A stretch of 64,000 nucleotides of DNA from Emiliania huxleyi CCMP1516 (taxonomy: Eukaryota). The notes below the pieces were generated by a model. The model was given only the letters and a program-made list of their open reading frames with translations, had not been told where the DNA came from and did not search any database. Of the stretch, positions 58,048-64,000 are shown piece by piece. The translations under genes were made by a program, and so were the position numbers. Positions within the stretch are counted from its first letter, which is position 1, and every line of letters begins with the position of its first letter. Location of the stretch: NCBI RefSeq assembly GCF_000372725.1, contig NW_005201792.1, positions 499,440 to 563,439 of the forward strand. The letters run 5' to 3'.

Positions 58048-60067
58048 AACGGCGGCACCGAGTCTCGGTGAGCGGCGGCGGGAGGAGGAGCAGCGGCGGC
58101 GCTCGCTCGCTGTTGGCGGGAGCGCTTTTGAGCCTGGGAGCCCATGCCACTGCGACCGGCGTGCCCGGGAACGGAGATCGCGCGCGCGCCGCCACTCACG
58201 ACGCGCGCGCGATCTTCGCGGAGTCGGGTCCCCAGAGGGAAGCGGTCTTCTCGGCCGACGTCCAGCGGCGCGCAAGGAAGCAGGCGCAGCGGAGGCGGCC
58301 TAGCACCGGCTCGGCGCCGGGCGGTTGCGCTGCCCGCGAGCCGCGTCCTGAGCCTCGGCAGCGCGCTGCGCGGCGCGGCGCTCGCGCTGCTTCTGTGCCG
58401 AGAGCGGCATGATTCGCCAGCTGAAGCTCGAGACTCCTCGGGTATCACGAGTTCTGGGGGTCACGATTTGCGCAGGTTGAGCGGAAATTGGCGTAAGCGT
58501 CTGAAAGCAGTCTTGGGTGGTTCGATGAAGGTGCCCAAAGGGGTCGATGCGTCCTCTTGGTCCTCTTGTGCCGCCTTGATTTACTTTTAGGCCGATTTTT
58601 TTTCGAGGGGTGCCCGGCGCCGAGCTTTTAGGGTCGGACCTCACGACAGCCTTGTAGATCCCTGGGCGAGGGTGATGGCGTCCCCGTCGGGAGCGCTGTG
58701 TGTTGGTGGAGGAAGGACAGCAACCACAGGCAGGTGCCCGGCAGCGTCCCGCCACACGCACGATCCGGATGACCTCTCTCCTCCGGATCCCAGTCAGCCC
58801 CGTGGGGCTAGTCCTCTCGTCTAGCCTTTCAGTGTACGACTGTACGTATCTTTTTAGGGGAGAAGCGCGTGTGTGTGTTCTCTATAGATAGAGGCCCCAA
58901 AGGTAAAGCTCGAGCCCAAGGCTGCGTGAGAGCTCGGAAGCGAGCTTTGCACGGCGATCGAAGATCTCTCTCAGTGACAGTGTGTAGGTAGCTACGTTTT
59001 AGCTTCTCAGTCGTCAGTGTACTCTCTCTCTCGCTCTCTCAGTGTACGAGAGTGTGTGTGGCTATTCGCTCTTACGAATCTGCCTCTCGGAAGACGCGCG
59101 CCGGCCCGGGGGACTCGCTTGCGATCCCGTTCCAGCCACAGAGGCCGCGTGAGGCGTGTGGGACGGTGCACCCACGCGGGGCCCGAGTGCACTGGCCACG
59201 CGTCTCGAAGGGAGGGCGGCTCGTAACTGAGGTTCGCCGTCAGAGACAGTCGCCCTCCCCTCAACCGTGGGGGGCGTACTGGCTTGATCCCACCGGATAA
59301 GGGCGGGCAGTCTTCCGTGACTGCTGTCACGCTAAGGCCGACGCCCCCTTGTCCACCCGATGAGTCAGAGGGGATCACGGGGTATAGACTCCGTGCGCCC
59401 GGCCGGCTTACTAGGTCCCGCCCTTCTCTCGGAAGACGCGCGCCGGCCCAGGTGACTCGCTTGCGAGGTAGATCCCGTTCCAGCCAGAGGCCGCGTGACC
59501 ACCATGGAGACGTCCGGCGGCGCCGAGGAGCGAGATCGTGCCGATCTCCTGGCAGATGATGTTGAGCACCTCGGCGATGCGACTTGCGAGCGCGGCGGGA
59601 GGCGCCGCCGCCGAAGACGGAGTCGGCGACGCTCGAGACGACACTGAAGGAGGGCGCGTTGGACGCCGGAGCGGGGTGCTGCGACGCGCCGAGCCGGCCG
59701 ATGCTTGCTGTCGGCAACAGGTTGGAGAGCGCGCGAATCGAGATGCCCCCGAGCCTTGCACTGACGACGGCACGCCACGGGCTAGTACGGTGGGGAACCC
59801 TTGCGTGTGATGTCGGTATTCATCCATTTTGCGCGTACTCGTGGTGTTGTAAGGACGTGCTGCTCTGAGAACCAGACGTCTCGAACACAGAGAGCCCGGC
59901 CCTTACGGAGTCGCGCACGCACAAGACACCACCAGAAACCATAGACCACCATGGCAGTCCCCGTCGACGCGCGGGCGGCGAGTGGGATGGGGCTCGGCCT
60001 GCTTGATCGGCGCACGTTAGCACGCCGTGGGCTCAGGCCCCCCCGTTCTCACACCGACGCCGCTCGT

Positions 60068-60387
60068 TCAGGCCTCGCCGAACTCGAACTTGAACTCGTG
60101 GCCCTCCTCCTGCGAGGCCCACTTTGCGCCCGCGATCGTGAAATCGAAAGCCTTGCCATTCGCCTTGAGCTCCTTGGAGAGGTACTTCACGAACTTCTTG
60201 TAGCTGCGTGGGAGCAGCGCGACGGGAGGTGAGGGTTCAGCGGCAGTAAGGCGCGTGCGGGAGGGGGAGCGTGTGCGGGCGTGTGCCGTGTGCGGGGCGG
60301 GTGTGGAGGGTGTCACTTCTTCCCGTTCTTCGTGATGGTCATGGAGGTGGGCGAGCCCGGCTTCGGGGAGGTGGAAGACTTCGCCAT
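60068..60387 (-). CDS. Small 68-aa Lys-rich protein, two exons (60387-60317, 60203-60068), weakly HMG-box-like
   Basis: GT-AG intron 60204-60316 joins the frames: MAKSSTSPKPGSPTSMTITKNGKNYKKFVKYLSKELKANGKAFDFTIAGAKWASQEEGHEFKFEFGEA. Strong AAG/TTC/GAG codon bias. Confidence 0.6.
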
Positions 60388-61971
60388 GTTGTTGATTATG
60401 ACGTCTGCGCCGCGCCGGGGGGGGGAGCACCCGTGAACAGGCCGTGGCGGTAACGATTTGCCGAAATAAGGGAGAGTGGGATGGGGCTGAGGGGCGTGTA
60501 CGGCGGCGGGCTGGGCGGCGGCGAGGGTGGCAGCGGCGAAGGGTGGGTCCGCACGCAGCGGGGCGCGCGGCTGTGGTTCGCGGGGGCGGCGTGCGGATAT
60601 TTCTTCTCTGCCGCAGCGTCTGCGACGTCTGCGCGCGACGAACGCTGTGTACACCCCGAGTGGCGGCGGGGTGTCGGAAACGAGCCGTGGCGGGGTGGGC
60701 GATGCGCCGCGCCGCGCCGACGGCAGGCGGGGGTGGGACGCGGGCGCCTCAGAGTATGAGTTCGCTACACATTACTATCAGCCACCTGCGAGTCGGCTTT
60801 TTTTTTGAGGCGCTGTTGAGGCAGTTCATACTTGTTCAGGAGGTTCTCGAGGTGGATATCCTTTGGCCGCGTTGGGTAGCGAGGATTGGTGTGACGCGAT
60901 CCACGCAGGCGTGTTTTCTGGCAGCCGACCGTCAGTGCACTGGGAGTTGCCCCTTCTCCGACTGCCCCGGCTAGTTCACGCGAGTTTCGCGGGAGTGACC
61001 CCCTGCGTCAAACCCGAGACCTAGCGCGGGCCGGGGGTGGGTTGGAGGGGGCTCGCTGCAGGGAGGGGCGGTGTAAGAAGCCGATCCCCGTAGTCCGCCC
61101 CGCTCCTCCCCATCGGGCCGCAGAAGCGGCCGCGCCTCGCAGATTCGTTTCTCGCGCCTGGGTCAGGCGCGCAGGGCATCCCCCGGGTCGCTCGACCAGC
61201 GATCCGAAGAGTGGCCGCTATGCGAGGGAAAGAGCGGGGCCCTCGACGCCTCTGTCCATACAGGAGTTATCCATCAGCCCCGACCGGCAGAGCACGCTGT
61301 TGGTCGGTTCGAGAGGTGGCCTCCGCCAGGTCTGCGTGGGCGCCTCTCAAACCGCCTCCCTCCTCCTTTGCCCCGAGCGTCGTTCCGCCCTCCATCCACA
61401 CCATCCTCGAGCCCCACCATCTATGTCTCGCCTGACCACGACCTCACAAAGGCGCGTGGCGACGCCCCCTCGTAGGGGCCAGGGCCAGATCACTTTCGTC
61501 TTTCCTGGTCGTAAAAGCTGCAACATCTCTCTCTCTCTCTAAAAGCTTGCCTTGGCGCTACGAGAGGACCAAAGTGGTAAAAAGGTGGCACATTCCCCTG
61601 ACCCGATCAAAAGCGTAAAAGCACCCGAGGCTCCACCTCCAGCAGAAAATAAGCAGAGAAACTGCACTGTAACCTTCACAGTAGCCTCGTGTCCGCCGCG
61701 TACCGCGTCTGCGGTCTGCGCCAGACGCGAGATACGGCCAGAGAGGTCTGCTCTCCGCAAGCCCACGCGCACGCTGCGCGCGTCGTGTGTCAGACCGTCG
61801 GGTCGTTTGTGGATCCCGCTTCGCTAGTATTAGACAACACACACACAAACTGATCGCTGTTAGGATCGCTGCGCGTGCGGGGATGAACGCAAAACCGTGT
61901 CCGTGACCGCCGCCGGAGACCGAGAGGGCGGTGGTGTGACGGCAAGCTCCTGCCCTGGCCGATCGCGTTCG

Positions 61972-62005
61972 TCACGCGGTATCTCTCGGGCTCAGCGCGG
62001 GCGAG

Positions 62006-62045
<40 letters not shown>

Positions 62046-62894
62046 GGTGGTGCGAGCCGCATGAGAAGGACCAGCCGCACGCTCCAAAGACAGCCACGCC
62101 TACTCTCGCACAGAGCTTGGCGGGTGGGAGGGCGGGCGGGTTGGGGCCGATCGTGAGGCTGTCGGACGCGCGCCGATAACGAGGAGGAGCAGGGTGCAGA
62201 GGAAGAGGTTGAGCTTCAGGCTCTTGCAGTACATGCCCCGCTTGACGCGTGTAGTGGTGCGTCGGAACTGAAAGGCCTGGTGCGTGAGGTGCTCCGTCTT
62301 GTCCACCAGCAACTCGATCTTCTCGCCGCGCGCGAGCACCTATTCGTGCAACCTCGTGCAATCTAGTGCAACCTCGTGCAATCTCGCGCAATCTCGCGCT
62401 CTTTTTGAGACCTTTTCTATGTTTTCGACCATCACCTGCCGCACCTCCTCGAGTTCGCCCTCGACGCGCGAGACATTTGCCGCGTCGGCCTGGTCCGAGG
62501 AAGAGGCGGCCGCCCCGCCGGCGCTGCTGCCGGCCGCCGACGAGAAGCTCTCCATCAGCTCCTTTAGCACGGCGGCGAACTGACTGTTCATGGCGTACGC
62601 GAGCGCCGTGAGCCCCTTCTCGGCGTACGCCGCGCTCCACCGAGACTGCACCGCGTCGAGAAAGGCGTGCGCGGCGGCCTGCTCCGTGCGCGAGTCGGCC
62701 ATGCAGAGGAACGCCAGGCCCGCCCTTATCACGCAGTGAAAGGAGTGCGACGTGTCGTATGAGTAGCTGGCCCGGCCCTCCTCTTGCGGCAGCCGCTCGA
62801 GTATGCGGCGCGTAACGAGAGCAAAGTTGCCCGCGGTGGCGGTGTGCTCGGCGAGCACGCAGGTGCCGCGCGCGACAAGCGCGTAGATGATCAT
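61972..62894 (-). CDS. VAMP7: Longin R-SNARE VAMP7/VAMP71-like
   Basis: Longin domain MIIYALVARGTCVLAEH..GNF..V...IL; SNARE motif VRQVMVENIEK|VLARGEKIELLVDKTEHL; C-terminal TM helix. Introns ~62340-62410 and ~62101-62174. Confidence 0.93.
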
Positions 62895-63020
62895 GGAGGC
62901 TGAGGGGCTGAGGGCGACAACTTCCTCACCTCGGGAGAAGGTGAAGAAATCTTCCCGCGTCGCTTACAGCCAAAAAATTTTTTCTGGCAGGTGAATTTCT
63001 TCTTCTTCCCGCTTGTGGCC

Positions 63021-64000
63021 ATGGCCACCACCTCGCTCAGCGCCTCGCAAGAGTACCGCTTCGAGGTCGCCGCCGGCGCCGTGGTCACGCTCCGCCTCAC
63101 CTCGGGCAGCGCCGAGATGTTTGGCGCCGAGCTCGCTCCGCAGCGCCCGTACGCCTTCACCGGGCCGACGCATGAGGCTGTCTACACGTGGCATGGCTGC
63201 ACCTTTGAGCTCGACGGCGGGTGTCAGCACGCGTACGTTGCGTCCGAGACTCCGATGGACGCGTACCTCCGGCTGCACACCGATCTCGACGCTCGGCGCG
63301 CGGCGGCGCGCCAGGCGGACACGCACGGGCCGCGGGTGATCGTGGCGGGCGGCGCAGGCAGCGGCAAGGCGGCGCTGTGCCGCATGCTCGCCAACTGGGC
63401 TGCGCGGCGCGGCGACGGCCCTCTCCTCGTCGAGCTCGACCCGTCGCACGGCCACATCGGGCCTCCAGGACTGCGCACCACACGCCGCGGCGAACCTCTG
63501 GCACTCGCTGCGGCTCACTCGTGCTCCGCCGGCCCTCGCCTCTCGTCGCCGCAGGCTCCATCAGCGCCACGGCGATCGGGTGGCCGCTGGACGTGGAGCA
63601 CGCGACGGACGACCTCGCCCCGCTCGCCTTTTGGCTCGGCGCGCCCCTCCCGCGGCCCTCCGCCCCCCCCCCCCCCCCCTCAGACACGGCCCTCCGCCTA
63701 TCGCCCTCCGCCTCCTGCGAGGCAGTCGCGTGAGGACGGGTGTGGGGACTGGTGTGAGGACTGGTGTGAGAGCTGGCCCCGCGGCCCTCGCAGGGAGCGC
63801 GTCTCCGGCAGAGGCGGCGCTGCACTACCGCCACGTGACTGAGAGGCGAGCTCCACGCGCCACGGCGCCCTCCCTGCTGCTGCTTCCGCCCCCGACCCAG
63901 CCCTCCGCCCCTCCTGCCCTCCCGCCCCTCCTGGCAGGCTCGGCGAGGCGGTGCGGAGGAGGGGTGAGGAGCACGCGGGGACGCGGCACTCCGGCTTCGT
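63021..64000 (+). CDS. CLP1: CLP1 (pre-mRNA cleavage factor II subunit / polynucleotide 5'-kinase family), continues beyond the window
   Basis: EYRFEV...LRLTSGSAEMFGAEL, AVYTWHGC, YVASETPM..Y, GPRVIVAG..GSGK..LCRML.NWAAR, VELDP..G.I..PG|SISA. Confidence 0.93.

Overview
This is a very GC-rich, intron-rich eukaryotic window. Frequent GC-AG introns and 10-12 bp intronic minisatellites suggest a haptophyte such as Emiliania/Gephyrocapsa huxleyi; that assignment is inferred. About 13 protein-coding genes can be reconstructed: a 5'-truncated, roughly 2250+ aa OSCA/TMEM63/TMC-like membrane protein that appears to be spliced in frame to a voltage-sensor-like domain and a discoidin-like domain; an ATP9/NEO1-type P4-ATPase; an unknown signal-peptide/EF-hand/multi-TM protein; a possible FIRRM/FLIP (C1orf112) homolog; an SPX + RING-like + Zn2Cys6 protein; proteasome alpha-2; a histidine phosphatase; a kinesin; a CS-domain protein; CLPTM1; an M20 peptidase; a 68-aa basic protein; VAMP7; and CLP1 (3'-truncated). 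The middle of the window (31.8-45.3 kb) is a repeat zone. It holds a young, non-autonomous Ty1/copia-type LTR element (36051-41041) with apparently identical 575-bp LTRs, non-canonical CTGC...GCAG ends, a TAAAA target-site duplication (TSD) and a 1023-codon orphan ORF. It also holds a 1.5-kb duplicated segment and a ~960-bp foldback. Two MITE-like elements and two 100-N assembly gaps lie in the window. The most notable observations are the channel/voltage-sensor fusion, the SPX-RING-Zn2Cys6 regulator, introns bounded by long direct repeats (two with apparent GA donors), and the odd copia element. All domain calls come from motif recognition by eye; no database search was run.
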